A program made the translations under genes and the position numbers. Of a DNA stretch of 64,000 nucleotides, positions 14,861 to 24,574 are shown one piece after another (within the stretch, counting starts at the first letter, position 1; each line of letters opens with the position of its first letter). The notes under the pieces are model-generated. The model searched no databases and had not been told where the DNA came from. It was given only the letters and a program-made list of their open reading frames with translations. Source of the DNA: Nitrospinales bacterium (GTDB lineage Bacteria; Nitrospinota; Nitrospinia; Nitrospinales; VA-1); NCBI GenBank assembly GCA_965223795.1, contig CBDCXL010000001.1, positions 256,001 to 320,000 of the forward strand. The letters are read 5' to 3'.

Positions 14861-17374
14861 TCAGGAATCCTTGGATTTGATGGGGGTGATGATCGGGATC
14901 TTGATGGGTTCGCCGACGGACAGGTTGTTGATGTCCTTGTCCGGGTTGTAACTGTTCAGCAGCCAGAACGGGATGAAGTACATGTCGTTGCAGATTTCCC
15001 AGATGGTCTCGCCCTTGCGCACTTCCCGGACCACCAGCTTGCTGACCCTGAAGTTGCTGAAGAAGTCGTCCTGAATGGCTTTGTGGAATTCCTGGCGGCG
15101 TTCCTCGAACTTGTCCGCATCGGTGTTGGTCAGGGGAACCAGGATCTTGGTGTGAACGGGGATGTGGGAGCGGCGCCGGATCTTGTTGAGGCGGCGCAGT
15201 TTTTTCAACGAATACTGGGCCCATTCGGCGTAGTGGCTCAGGGTTTCGTCGAAATCCACGGTGATGACGCCCATGCGGGACTCTTCGTGTTCCTTGTTCT
15301 TGTACGCCACCGGCAGGAAAGCGGGCCGGTTGGTGTTGATCTGGAACTGCGGCACCGTGGCTTTGGCGAGTTGCACCTGAACGCCCGGCTCCAGGTCTCC
15401 TGTGGAATTGTCGAGAACGGGTTCCTCACCCTTGAGCTGGGCGGTCGTCAGCGCCGATTCTTCCAGCCTGCTTTTCACCTTCTTGGACGTCCGGACCTGC
15501 GCTGTTTTCTGCGGCAGAGCCGAAGGCGTGGGAGGCACGGGTTCGACCTTGGCCAGGATCACGGGCTCGGGGTCCGCCAGAACTGTGGGTTGCGGAACTT
15601 TGAGGATCTGCCCCGGATGAATGGAGTTCGCCCGCTTGATGCCGTTCAGCCGCGCCAGCGTGTAAGGCTTGGTGTTGAACCGTTTGGCGATTTTGGTCAG
15701 GTTGTCGTGACGGCGCACCCGGTAAAAACCCGCTTCCACGGTGGTGTCGGCCTTGGCCACGATCACCGGTTCGGGGCTGGTCCGAGCCGGGATTTCCGGA
15801 ACCTTGAGCACCTGCCCCGGATAGATGGCGTTGGCCCGCTTGATGCCGTTGAGCCGCGCCAGCGTGTAGGGCCGGGTGTTGAACCGTTTGGCGATTTTGG
15901 TCAGGTTGTCGTGACGGCGCACCCGGTACAGGCCGGTTGCCATGGGCTCTTCGATTTTCTGGATCTTCCTGCGCGGCTCGGCTTTCGCCATGCGGACGAG
16001 GGGCCGTTTGGAGCGTTTCGCAGGCGGCACTCTGAGGACCTTGCCGACGTAAATCCGGTTGCGACGGCCGATCTGATTGAGCTGCTTCATCTCCCTAACG
16101 CTGGTGCCGAAGCGCAGCGCCAGCCCGGACAGCGTGTCGCCCCGCTGCACGGTGTACCACTTGGAGCGGATCTGGCTGCCGAATTTTTCCGAGCTGGAAA
16201 TCTTCTGATAGAACGGCGCGAGATCGTCGAAGCGCCGTGCCGGTGCTTTGAACACGAATCCCCTGGGGATGCGTTTCTGGCCGGAGATCACGGGTTTTCG
16301 CAGCGCCGGGTTGTATTTCGCGACTTCCTTGCGCGTCATGTTGAAATGGCGCATGACCGAGCTGATGTGGACGTAGTCGTCGAAGCGGATGGACACGTGG
16401 CGCACCGGGCTTTCTTTCCTGAGATTGGGAAAGTAGGTCTCCTCGTTGCGGACGACGTGCAGGGCCGCCAGGAATTCCGCGTAAAAGTTGCGCGACGCGA
16501 ATCCGAAGGTCCGGCTTTTGTATTTTTTGACGATGCGGACGATGTCGTCGCCGTGGCGTTTCTTGGCGCGCGCCATGCCGCGGGTGCCGTGATTGTAGGC
16601 GGTGATGGCCAGCGGCCAGCTTTGCAGCCGTTCGTAATTGCTGCGCAGCAGTTTCGCGGCGGCGTGGGTGGAATCGATGGGATCGCGCCGCTGATCGACA
16701 TCGTATTTGACGCGCATGAACAGCCTGCCGGTGCCGCGCGTGAACTGCCAGATTCCCGCCGCCCCGGCGCTGGAATAGGCGTTTTCCTGAAACGAGGATT
16801 CCACGTGCGGCAGAACGCTGAGTTCCGGGGGCAGGTCGTGGCTCCTGAAGATCTGCCAGATCTGGTCCATGTATTTGCCGGAACGGATCAGCCCGCCTTC
16901 AAACCGGTCCTTCTGGCCGATCTGGCTGCGGATGTTGCGGGCCGCCCGGTAAAATCCGTTTTTGACCAGGTCGTGCACGCGCTTTTCCTCTCCGGTCAGC
17001 ACGCGGTTTTTCTTTTTGGCGAGCTTTCTGAGGATCGTCTTGTATTTCGATTTGACCTTGTTCAGCTTGCGGTCCTTGGACCGGCGCGACCGGTTGTTGC
17101 CCAGATACACCACTTCGTAGATGATATCGACGTTGGTGGCGTCGTGGATGATGGCGTATTGGGTGCTGTATTTGGAGTAAATGTCGATCCAGAAGTTGAC
17201 CTGCGTTTCCAGACCCTCGGGAGTGTGAAAATCGTAGGCGTACTTGGTCGAAAGACCGTACTTGGCCGTGTCGTAGCCGGGAAGTGCGGCAAACGCCGGG
17301 GACAGCAGCGTCCCGGACAGGACCAAAAGGGCGAATATGAAGAGAGCGCGGGTGTGGAGTCTGATCTTTGCCAA
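14861..17374 (-). CDS. MltD-type lytic transglycosylase with multiple LysM domains
   Basis: SLT motifs VESSF, AAGIWQF, AITAYNHG; LysM repeats YTVQRGDTLS, YRVRRHDNLTKIA x2, C-terminal VRKGETIW; signal peptide. Confidence 0.92.
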   Translation of the reverse strand: MAKIRLHTRALFIFALLVLSGTLLSPAFAALPGYDTAKYGLSTKYAYDFHTPEGLETQVNFWIDIYSKYSTQYAIIHDATNVDIIYEVVYLGNNRSRRSKDRKLNKVKSKYKTILRKLAKKKNRVLTGEEKRVHDLVKNGFYRAARNIRSQIGQKDRFEGGLIRSGKYMDQIWQIFRSHDLPPELSVLPHVESSFQENAYSSAGAAGIWQFTRGTGRLFMRVKYDVDQRRDPIDSTHAAAKLLRSNYERLQSWPLAITAYNHGTRGMARAKKRHGDDIVRIVKKYKSRTFGFASRNFYAEFLAALHVVRNEETYFPNLRKESPVRHVSIRFDDYVHISSVMRHFNMTRKEVAKYNPALRKPVISGQKRIPRGFVFKAPARRFDDLAPFYQKISSSEKFGSQIRSKWYTVQRGDTLSGLALRFGTSVREMKQLNQIGRRNRIYVGKVLRVPPAKRSKRPLVRMAKAEPRRKIQKIEEPMATGLYRVRRHDNLTKIAKRFNTRPYTLARLNGIKRANAIYPGQVLKVPEIPARTSPEPVIVAKADTTVEAGFYRVRRHDNLTKIAKRFNTKPYTLARLNGIKRANSIHPGQILKVPQPTVLADPEPVILAKVEPVPPTPSALPQKTAQVRTSKKVKSRLEESALTTAQLKGEEPVLDNSTGDLEPGVQVQLAKATVPQFQINTNRPAFLPVAYKNKEHEESRMGVITVDFDETLSHYAEWAQYSLKKLRRLNKIRRRSHIPVHTKILVPLTNTDADKFEERRQEFHKAIQDDFFSNFRVSKLVVREVRKGETIWEICNDMYFIPFWLLNSYNPDKDINNLSVGEPIKIPIITPIKSKDS
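15598..15928. repeat. Intragenic tandem duplication of a LysM unit (204-bp period)
   Basis: ~15598-15724 and ~15802-15928 are near-identical at DNA level. Confidence 0.85.
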
Positions 17375-17606
17375 CAGAACCGTCCTTTTTTGTGAATTGC
17401 GGGATTGTGACCGCCTGGGCAATTTCGGATCGGGGCGGTTGTGGCAAAGTGGTGCCTGTTTGTGTGCAATGTTGCCGCCCTGCCCTACAAGCGAAAATGC
17501 TTGTAAAGCCTTTATTTTTAAAAGGATAACAAAGGCTTTCCGGGGGCGTCAAGATAAACTTTCAATAATTTCGAAGGCCCGATAAATTGCGTTGTAATTC
17601 CGAAGG

Positions 17607-17915
17607 TTAACGGTTTTCCGCTGCGGCCTCGAACGCCGGGAACTCCTGATTGAGCCTGTAAACAAATGCCAGTAATTCAGCCACTATCTGGTACACGGAT
17701 GCGGGAATCTCCTGATTCAATTCGACTTGCGACAACACCTGCACTAAATCCGGGTTCTCCTGGATGGGGATGCCGTTTTCCCGCGCCAGAGCGATGATCC
17801 GTTCGGCCACAAGCCCTTCCCCTTTGGCGGTGACTTTGGGCGCTTTGCCTTTGGCCGCATCGTATTTTAAGGAGACGGCGGATTTTCTTTTGCCGCCGTT
17901 CACGTTCTCATTCAT
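17607..17915 (-). CDS. FlhB C-terminal-like protein (EscU/YscU/HrcU family)
   Basis: AVSLKYD..APKVTAKGEG..AERII..IPASVYQIVAELLAFVY. Confidence 0.92.
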   Translation of the reverse strand: MNENVNGGKRKSAVSLKYDAAKGKAPKVTAKGEGLVAERIIALARENGIPIQENPDLVQVLSQVELNQEIPASVYQIVAELLAFVYRLNQEFPAFEAAAENR

Positions 17916-17928
17916 AAGCGTTTCCTTA

Positions 17929-19425
17929 TCAGGTGCGGATGTCCACCAGCCGGGACGGATCTCCGATCAGGGCCCGGGCAAGATCCGCATCTTCGGGCGG
18001 GGCGATCTTTTCCCGCGTTTCGCTGGTCAAGCGGGCCGTGTAACCCAGTTCGGCCATGTGGGCTTCAAAACGCTCGGCATGCTGGTTGATGAAGTGCGCC
18101 ACCTGCGGCCGTTCGGTGAAGACGGTGACCTTGAGGCCTTCGGGGCCCACGCGGCTGTCGACACGCAGTTTCCCCAGCGCGGACAGGTCGAGCAGAAAGA
18201 CCAGGTTGAAATGCTTTTTGCCGCTGCGGCCGCCGGCTTCGCCCTCTCCCCCGGGACGCAGGTACAGCTGGAGCGTCGGCTCTCCGTGCGCGAAGGGATT
18301 GGGAATCTGCAGCAGCAGCGGCTGGTTTTCCTGGCGCGCGTACTGGTTGGAAAGCTGGCCCAGCTCGATGCTGTCCAGCGCCGTTTGCAGCAGCAGCCGG
18401 GTTTCCTGAGTCAGCGGCGGAACCGGCGCGGGCGGCTCGGCGGATTTTCCGGCTGCGGCCTGCGGGGCCGCCGCTTGTAAAAGCTGAATCAGCCGGGCTT
18501 TCAGGTTCTCTGCCAATCCTGACTTGTTTTCGGCGTTGCCGCCGCGTTCGAGGGCCTGCTTGACCTGGGCTTCGTGATCCAGGCCGATGCGTTCGACCTG
18601 TTTTTTGAGCTGTGCTGCGTCCGGGATGCGTCCGGTTGCCGGAAGCAGTTCCTGCACGGTCTGCCGCAGTCCTTCCGCCGCTTTGGGATCCAGTGCGGCC
18701 AGTCGGGACCACTGGCCTGAGTCCAGGTTTCCCAGACGGGCGATCCATTCGCCCAGGGGTTTGAAGGAAGGCAGATAGGGTTTGAGCTGGCCGGGGTTCA
18801 CCTGTTTCAACACCGGGCCGGGGCCCTGCACCAGCACGGCGAGCGGTCCGGAACCCACTTTTTCGGCTGTGACCGGCAGAGAGTATCCGGGTTTGAGCAG
18901 CCCGGAACCGCCGGTGCGCACGGGCAGGTTTTTGCCCTGAATGCGCACGGTCACGGTGTTTTCGTCGATCACGTTCACGATGGGCGCCCGCAGGGTCCTG
19001 CCTTCGGTCAGGTTCAGGGTTTCGACGAGTCCGGTGCGCGCGGCAGGGGGGCTGTTTTGCGTGCCCTGCGGCCGGAGCCTCAGCGTCACGGGTTCCTGCC
19101 GGGAAACCGCCGCGGATTCGGGACGGGAATGCCGGGCCGGTGCCGGGTCCGCAAGCACTTTGAGCACCGTCGCCGGACGGGTGGCCTCGACGCGGACGGT
19201 GAGCGCCTGTTGTTTCGCCGGGGGATTGTCGAGATCGACCGGAATCGCGTGTCCGTTGAAGTTCACCAGCGTGCCGCCTTGGGGCAGGTTCCGCAGAACG
19301 ACGCCCGACAGGATCATCCCCGGCCGCAGCCGCTTGAGGAAACGCGCGACGGCGGCAGGATCGATGGACACCGGGTCGGTGGAGCCGGACAGGATTTTCA
19401 GAACGGTTTCGGGGATAGGATCGAT
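17929..19425 (-). CDS. Flagellar hook-length control FliK-like protein
   Basis: C-terminal LLLQIP..LVFLLDLSALGKLRVD..; upstream of FlhB-like gene; start either ATC 19425 (strong RBS) or GTG 19371. Confidence 0.75.
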   Translation of the reverse strand: MDPIPETVLKILSGSTDPVSIDPAAVARFLKRLRPGMILSGVVLRNLPQGGTLVNFNGHAIPVDLDNPPAKQQALTVRVEATRPATVLKVLADPAPARHSRPESAAVSRQEPVTLRLRPQGTQNSPPAARTGLVETLNLTEGRTLRAPIVNVIDENTVTVRIQGKNLPVRTGGSGLLKPGYSLPVTAEKVGSGPLAVLVQGPGPVLKQVNPGQLKPYLPSFKPLGEWIARLGNLDSGQWSRLAALDPKAAEGLRQTVQELLPATGRIPDAAQLKKQVERIGLDHEAQVKQALERGGNAENKSGLAENLKARLIQLLQAAAPQAAAGKSAEPPAPVPPLTQETRLLLQTALDSIELGQLSNQYARQENQPLLLQIPNPFAHGEPTLQLYLRPGGEGEAGGRSGKKHFNLVFLLDLSALGKLRVDSRVGPEGLKVTVFTERPQVAHFINQHAERFEAHMAELGYTARLTSETREKIAPPEDADLARALIGDPSRLVDIRT

Positions 19426-19456
19426 GGCGAGGGCCTCCCTGCCCTGTACCCGCGGG

Positions 19457-19900
19457 TTATTTGCGCAAATTGAGCGTGAGTTCGACTTCCCCCACCGGGA
19501 TCTGCACCTTGCGGGCGATTTCCTGACTGTTCAGGCCCTGGTCCGCCAGCTGCACGACTTTCGAATACTTGTCGTCCGCATCGGGTTTGCGGGGACGGGT
19601 CCGCGGCGCGGGCATCTGCGCCAGCAGGTTTTGCAGTGCCTGGATCTTGCGGTTGAGTTCGTCGGAAATCTCCGCGGCGGAGGCCTGTTTGCGTTCGATG
19701 TCCTCGTTGATCTTTTCGGATGCCTTCAACGCCTCATCGACGGACTGGTTGAGAGACAGGATCAGGTACTGCCAATCCATGCCGCTGTCCTTGCCGGCAT
19801 CGTGTTTTTTCTCCAGCGAATTCAGCCGTATCAGGCAGTGAACGAAACCTGCGAGCAAAAGCAGAATCAAACCGGTCTGAATGATCGTCCATGAATCCAT
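19457..19900 (-). CDS. DUF2802-like membrane-anchored protein
   Basis: N-terminal TM, coiled coil, C-terminal LADQGLNSQEIARKVQIPVGEVELTLNLRK. Confidence 0.8.
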   Translation of the reverse strand: MDSWTIIQTGLILLLLAGFVHCLIRLNSLEKKHDAGKDSGMDWQYLILSLNQSVDEALKASEKINEDIERKQASAAEISDELNRKIQALQNLLAQMPAPRTRPRKPDADDKYSKVVQLADQGLNSQEIARKVQIPVGEVELTLNLRK

Positions 19901-19912
19901 TGCGCTGCCCGG

Positions 19913-20239
19913 TCAGATGACCACGTCGATGGTTTCCCCCTGGTTGCCGCGAACGCGGCGGGCGCTCTCCTCAGCCGGGGTATCGTCCTTTTGGGAGGCA
20001 TTGCGTTTTCTTTTTCTCCGCTGTCCCGCCCCCTTCCCGTTCGGATCGGTGGCGGTGGAAGCGGCGCCGGATTCCGCGTTCTGGACGGACTTGCGTTTCT
20101 GTTCGTCGGCGATCTTGCGTTCCTGATCGAGGTGGTCGGCGCTGGTCCTGGGCAGCTGCTGCATCGTCTGCTGCAGTTTCTCGGCGTGGGTCCCCATCTG
20201 CAGCACTTGCTGGATATTGACTGGAGGTACCGTGGACAT
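19913..20239 (-). CDS. Hypothetical protein (flagellar-operon associated)
   Basis: 108 aa, ends GETIDVVI, first gene of the tight minus-strand cluster. Confidence 0.7.
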   Translation of the reverse strand: MSTVPPVNIQQVLQMGTHAEKLQQTMQQLPRTSADHLDQERKIADEQKRKSVQNAESGAASTATDPNGKGAGQRRKRKRNASQKDDTPAEESARRVRGNQGETIDVVI

Positions 20240-20607
20240 GATTTTTACCTTATATAGTAACTACCTTATTATTTTAACGAATTAAGCCGGAAATTTCCAA
20301 GGTTTAAGGGCAATGGCACCGGCATCGCTCCCGATGTTTTCTGGATCGGCTCAAGCGGGGCATTACTTGAAGACAAAGTGGCGAACGCGGCCCGATTGCG
20401 CTGGAAAAGGGACGGAATATCAATGGAAAGCTGGCTCACGGGGCAGAGCCGGGAGCTTGCGGAAGGCCGGATTGCGTGGTTTTTGCGAACCGGAGTGGAT
20501 ACGGACTAAATGGTTATCTGTTGTAAATATATCAAATTATTGATATATTTATAATAATCCTTGTATTCGCTTCATTTCCCCGAGTACCTGCCGCAACGGG
20601 CGCGGAA

Positions 20608-21852
20608 TTGGGCTATTTTACTTTCAGGTGTTTCTTGAACCGTTACCGTCTGGACGATAAACGCAGAAAATTCTATCTGGCGCTGTGCGCCGCTGCCGCC
20701 AGCCTGTTCATCTTCTTGCTGGATCTCAAACTGCCCCTGGGGGTGGTCGGCGGGGTGCCGTACGTGGCGGTGGTGCTGCTCGGATTGCTGACTTCGGGAA
20801 ATGCATTTATCGTCACGACCGCAGTGACGAGTTCTTTGTTGACCGTGGCGGGTTTTTATCTTTCTCCGGCGGGCAGTGAGCTTTGGGTTGTGGTCGTCAA
20901 CCGCTATCTGGCGATCTTTGCCATCTGGGTCACCGCCGGGTTGTGCCTGCTGCAGAAACGCTACGAGCGGAAGCTGCTGGAACACCAGAAACAGTTGGAG
21001 AGCCGGGTCAAGGAACGGACGGAAGACCTGGAAATGGCGATGACGCGTTTGACGCTGCATGACAAACGCATTAAAAAATACGCCGAGGACCTGATCCGCA
21101 GCAACCGGGAACTGGATGAATTCGCCTTCATCGTTTCGCACGATCTCAAGGAGCCGCTGCGCGGAATCTACAACTATTCGTCCTTTCTCAAGGAAGACTA
21201 CACGGATCTGCTGGATGCGGAGGGCCGTTCGAAACTGGACACGCTGCAGCGCCTGGCCAAACGGATGGAGCACTTGATCTCGACGATCCTGCGTTATTCG
21301 CGGCTGGGGAAAAACGAGCTTTCCCTGAAGCTGGAAGATCTCAATCCCCTGTTGAAGGAAGCACTGGACAACCTGAGCTCGCTGTTGAGCGAATCCGGCG
21401 CCGAGGTGCGCCTGCCGGAGACGCTGCCCGTGGTTTACTGCGACCGCGTCCTGATTGTCGAGGTGTTTCAGAATCTGATCGCCAATGCGATCAAATACAA
21501 TGACAAGCCGGAAAAATGGGTCGAGGTCGGCATGACCGGCGCGCCGTCCGAAGACGACAATGGCGGTTCCCAGGTGTTCTACGTGCGCGACAACGGCATC
21601 GGCATCCAGGAAAAACATTTTGAGTCGTTGTTCCAGATCTTCAAGCGCTTGAACGGAAAAGACAAGTTCGGCGACGGCACCGGAGCGGGAACCACCATCA
21701 GCAAGAAGATCATCGAGCGCCACGATGGCAAAATCTGGCTGGAATCCACGGTGGGAGAAGGCACGACGTTTTATTTCACGCTCAAGACGCAGCAGCCGAA
21801 AAAATCCCATGCGGATCCGCACGATGAGATTGTGGAATTGCTGAATGCGTGA
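20608..21852 (+). CDS. Membrane sensor histidine kinase
   Basis: Several N-terminal TM helices; H-box FAFIVSHDLKEPLRGI, N-box QNLIANAIKY, DNGIGI, GTGAG, GEGTTFYF; start uncertain (TTG 20608 or 20635). Confidence 0.92.
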   Translation: MGYFTFRCFLNRYRLDDKRRKFYLALCAAAASLFIFLLDLKLPLGVVGGVPYVAVVLLGLLTSGNAFIVTTAVTSSLLTVAGFYLSPAGSELWVVVVNRYLAIFAIWVTAGLCLLQKRYERKLLEHQKQLESRVKERTEDLEMAMTRLTLHDKRIKKYAEDLIRSNRELDEFAFIVSHDLKEPLRGIYNYSSFLKEDYTDLLDAEGRSKLDTLQRLAKRMEHLISTILRYSRLGKNELSLKLEDLNPLLKEALDNLSSLLSESGAEVRLPETLPVVYCDRVLIVEVFQNLIANAIKYNDKPEKWVEVGMTGAPSEDDNGGSQVFYVRDNGIGIQEKHFESLFQIFKRLNGKDKFGDGTGAGTTISKKIIERHDGKIWLESTVGEGTTFYFTLKTQQPKKSHADPHDEIVELLNA

Positions 21853-21973
21853 CTTTCCTTTTTACGATCGCCGGCCCCTGCCCTGCTGATCCCTTTTTTT
21901 GTCTCTTCCATAAAAAACCAGGTTTGAAAGTCAGATCCCTGTCAGGCGTGAAGCCGGAATTTTTTACAGTTGC

Positions 21974-22351
21974 TCAGGAACAGGGGTATTTGACTTTGAG
22001 TGCATCGACGATCAACCGCGGAGAATCCTTGGTGAGATTGCCGGTCTCATTTTTAATATGATCGATGACCGCATTTCTGGCCTGAAAATAGCTTATTCTT
22101 TTGTCCATGATGCAGATGCTTTTTTTATGCGGATTTTCGATCGAAGACAATAAAACGGTGTCGATGACCCCCATGATGTAACCGGTGCAGGCCTGCTGGT
22201 GAATGGCTTTCGCGGATTGGCACACCCTCAGTAGTTCTTTACCGGTTTGCAGACTTCCCGAAGGCTCCGCCTGCGCCGGCACGGGGCTTGATACGAGGCA
22301 CCCTGCCGCTGCCGCAAGCATCCACGTCCTTGTTTTTTCCAGAAATTTCAT
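21974..22351 (-). CDS. Rap1a/Tai-family immunity-like periplasmic protein
   Basis: Signal peptide; TGKELLRVC..CTGYIMGVID..C..LIVDALKVKYPC pattern. Confidence 0.8.
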   Translation of the reverse strand: MKFLEKTRTWMLAAAAGCLVSSPVPAQAEPSGSLQTGKELLRVCQSAKAIHQQACTGYIMGVIDTVLLSSIENPHKKSICIMDKRISYFQARNAVIDHIKNETGNLTKDSPRLIVDALKVKYPCS

Positions 22352-22899
22352 TTTCCTGTCCTTTCTCGATTCGCTTTGTCATTCCTTTTCATTCCGGCTT
22401 TCTTCAGCGTGTCGTCATGGATTTTCCGGATGTGAATCACAAGAGGATCCTCCGGCCCCAGGGTCTTCTGCCAGATGTTCAGGGCCTGGTTGTAATAGGA
22501 AACCGCTTTTTCATAGCTTCCGAGTTTGCGGTGAACTTCCGCAAGGTTGTTGAGCAGGGCGGCCACATTGGCGTGATCCGGCCCCAGACTTTTCCGGTTC
22601 AGGGCAAGCAAACGCTCTATCAGGGGTTCGGCTGCTGACAGATTTTCCTGATTGAGATAGAAGTCCATCAGAGTACGGAGGCTCCTGCGTGTTCGCGGAT
22701 CCTCTTTGGCAAAGTTTTCCGTCTCCTTGAGCGAGGCGGAAAAATGCCGTTCCGCCTCACGGACATCGCCCAGGTCCAATGCTTCCCACCCGGCCTGATA
22801 GTGCCGTTCCCAGTTCCAGTTGTGGAAGAAATTCGTTTTAACGTAAAGAAACGTTCCCACGACGGCCACTATAATGGCAAGGATTTTTGTTTTGCTCAT
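22348..22899 (-). CDS. Tetratricopeptide repeat protein
   Basis: N-terminal TM/signal; LGPDHANVAALLNNLAEVH..YEKAVSYYNQAL; ATGA overlap with Rap1a gene. Confidence 0.88.
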   Translation of the reverse strand: MSKTKILAIIVAVVGTFLYVKTNFFHNWNWERHYQAGWEALDLGDVREAERHFSASLKETENFAKEDPRTRRSLRTLMDFYLNQENLSAAEPLIERLLALNRKSLGPDHANVAALLNNLAEVHRKLGSYEKAVSYYNQALNIWQKTLGPEDPLVIHIRKIHDDTLKKAGMKRNDKANRERTGK

Positions 22900-22924
22900 G
22901 GATTGTCGATATCCCTGCAATGGC

Positions 22925-24358
22925 TCATCGCTCCAGCAAGCCGAGAGGTTTGTCCATCCTCTTGCCTTCCAGATGCCAGTACCGGTTGAGGTCTTTTTGC
23001 ACGCAAGCCAGGATGCCTCCCTGAAGCCAGATGAAGCCGATCTCAAACCACCAGTAATGTGGAATATCCTGCGGCAGCAGCTTTCTCAATGCGCTCGATA
23101 TGAAAAAAAGAGTGATTATGGAAAGGACGGTGAACGATTTTTGCATTTTCTCATGCAAAAATGCCTTGACCATGCGCATCAGGTAAAACACGAAAGCCGT
23201 TTCAATGACTGCCAGAATCACAAGAAAAGGAGTCACTGCCCAGGTGCTGGAAGGACTGAGCCCCATGTATTTCAGAATCGATCCGAACAGTATGAATGGA
23301 ATGACGGTCAGGACGAAAAAGGCCAATGCCCGGATCTCGGGATTGACGTCGATGTTCTTGTAGTTTCTGAATTCCCGGTAAATCCGGTGAAACCAGAAAT
23401 AGATGTACAGGCCGAACGTCAGTCCATAGATCAGAAAAAACTGTTTTGCCGGCTGCCCACGGGGAGGCGCTTTGATGCGTTTGCGGAATTTCAGCCCGAT
23501 TTCCGCGCACAGCAGTTGCCGGGTCGATTTTTCTTCCCCGGTCGCGGTGTCTTTAAAGGTATCTTCCAGCTTCAGGACTCCCTTGGCGAACAGGTCGCGG
23601 ATGTCTTTCAGGAAATAAGGGCCCTTTGCTTTTTCATTGCGGATCAGGAAAAATTTCCGCAAGGAGGATTCGACGAACAGGGAATGCCGGGCCAGTTCTT
23701 TTTTGGCCCGCAGGCCCAGATAGATTCCCAGAACCAGGATGGCAAAAACCAGGTAGATCGCAACGGCTTCGTTGGAAAAAGCGGCGGTGTCGTACAGCCC
23801 GTGTAAAACGACCACCAGGGCCAGTCCGGCTGTCAGATTTGTGGCCGAATTGGCGCAAAATTTGGCTTTTCCCATGAAATAACCCAGGATCATCCCGTCG
23901 AACGCATGTCCCGGAACCGCAGTGAGCATCCGAATGATGGCCACTTCATAGCCGCCCGGCAACACATAAAGCAGGTTCTCGACAGTCGCGAACCCGCAGC
24001 CGGCAACCCCTCCGTAGACGATGCCGTCGAACGGTTCGCTGAATTCGCGGTGATCGTAAATAAATCCCTTTAGAAATAGAAACTTGCAAAGCTCCTCCGC
24101 CAGGGCCACTCCGAAAAAGGCGTAAAATGCCGTTTGCCACAGGGGGCGCGATTCGCTGGAAAACAATTCCTGCCAGCCGAAAAATTTGAGGAACTCGCCT
24201 TCAAAATAGTGGGAAGGGAAGCAGGCGAGCCCTCCCAGCAGGAAGCTCAACGCCACCATGCGTTTGGGTTCGGGTTCCCATTTATCGGAAAAATAGAGAT
24301 AGATTCCGATGGCGATTCCCGGTCCCGCAGCCAGGTACACTAATTTTAAGATCTCCAT
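22925..24358 (-). CDS. PrsW-family intramembrane metalloprotease with C-terminal extension (GYF_2-like and DUF4234-like)
   Basis: DKWEPEP, EELCKF, GFATVEN, VPGHA, LHGLYD; then KGPYFLKDIRDL and LTFGLYIYFWFHR TM domain. Confidence 0.85.
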   Translation of the reverse strand: MEILKLVYLAAGPGIAIGIYLYFSDKWEPEPKRMVALSFLLGGLACFPSHYFEGEFLKFFGWQELFSSESRPLWQTAFYAFFGVALAEELCKFLFLKGFIYDHREFSEPFDGIVYGGVAGCGFATVENLLYVLPGGYEVAIIRMLTAVPGHAFDGMILGYFMGKAKFCANSATNLTAGLALVVVLHGLYDTAAFSNEAVAIYLVFAILVLGIYLGLRAKKELARHSLFVESSLRKFFLIRNEKAKGPYFLKDIRDLFAKGVLKLEDTFKDTATGEEKSTRQLLCAEIGLKFRKRIKAPPRGQPAKQFFLIYGLTFGLYIYFWFHRIYREFRNYKNIDVNPEIRALAFFVLTVIPFILFGSILKYMGLSPSSTWAVTPFLVILAVIETAFVFYLMRMVKAFLHEKMQKSFTVLSIITLFFISSALRKLLPQDIPHYWWFEIGFIWLQGGILACVQKDLNRYWHLEGKRMDKPLGLLER

Positions 24359-24540
24359 GCCTCATTGCCTTTAGAGAGCGTTTGGGCGAGGTTTGAGCTG
24401 ACGCGAGACCTTTGTATCACCTTTGACTGTATCTTTTTTGTCTTTTTGATGCGGCCGGGGATGCCGGAGGGATGGACGGCGGCCGGGAGGGACGCGCCCT
24501 GCATCTCATTTGGTGATGATGGCGGGGGGAAACGACGCGC

Positions 24541-24564
24541 GGGCCCGGCTTCAAAGCCGGGCCC
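24541..24564 (-). terminator. GC-rich hairpin after the beta-propeller gene
   Basis: GGGCCCGGCT-TCAA-AGCCGGGCCC perfect stem 10 nt past the stop; U-tract weak. Confidence 0.5.
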
Positions 24565-24574
24565 TGAATCGCGT

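Noticed and set aside
17465..17482. GG-N10-GC motif upstream of the MltD-like gene as a sigma-54 promoter
   Set aside because: Poor match in the -24 element (GGGCGG rather than TGGCAC); not supportable
20608..21852. Orphan histidine kinase as a novel system
   Set aside because: Orphan kinases are common; domain content is ordinary
21974..22351. Rap1a gene as evidence of a T6SS locus
   Set aside because: No tss, vgrG, hcp or amidase effector genes in the window
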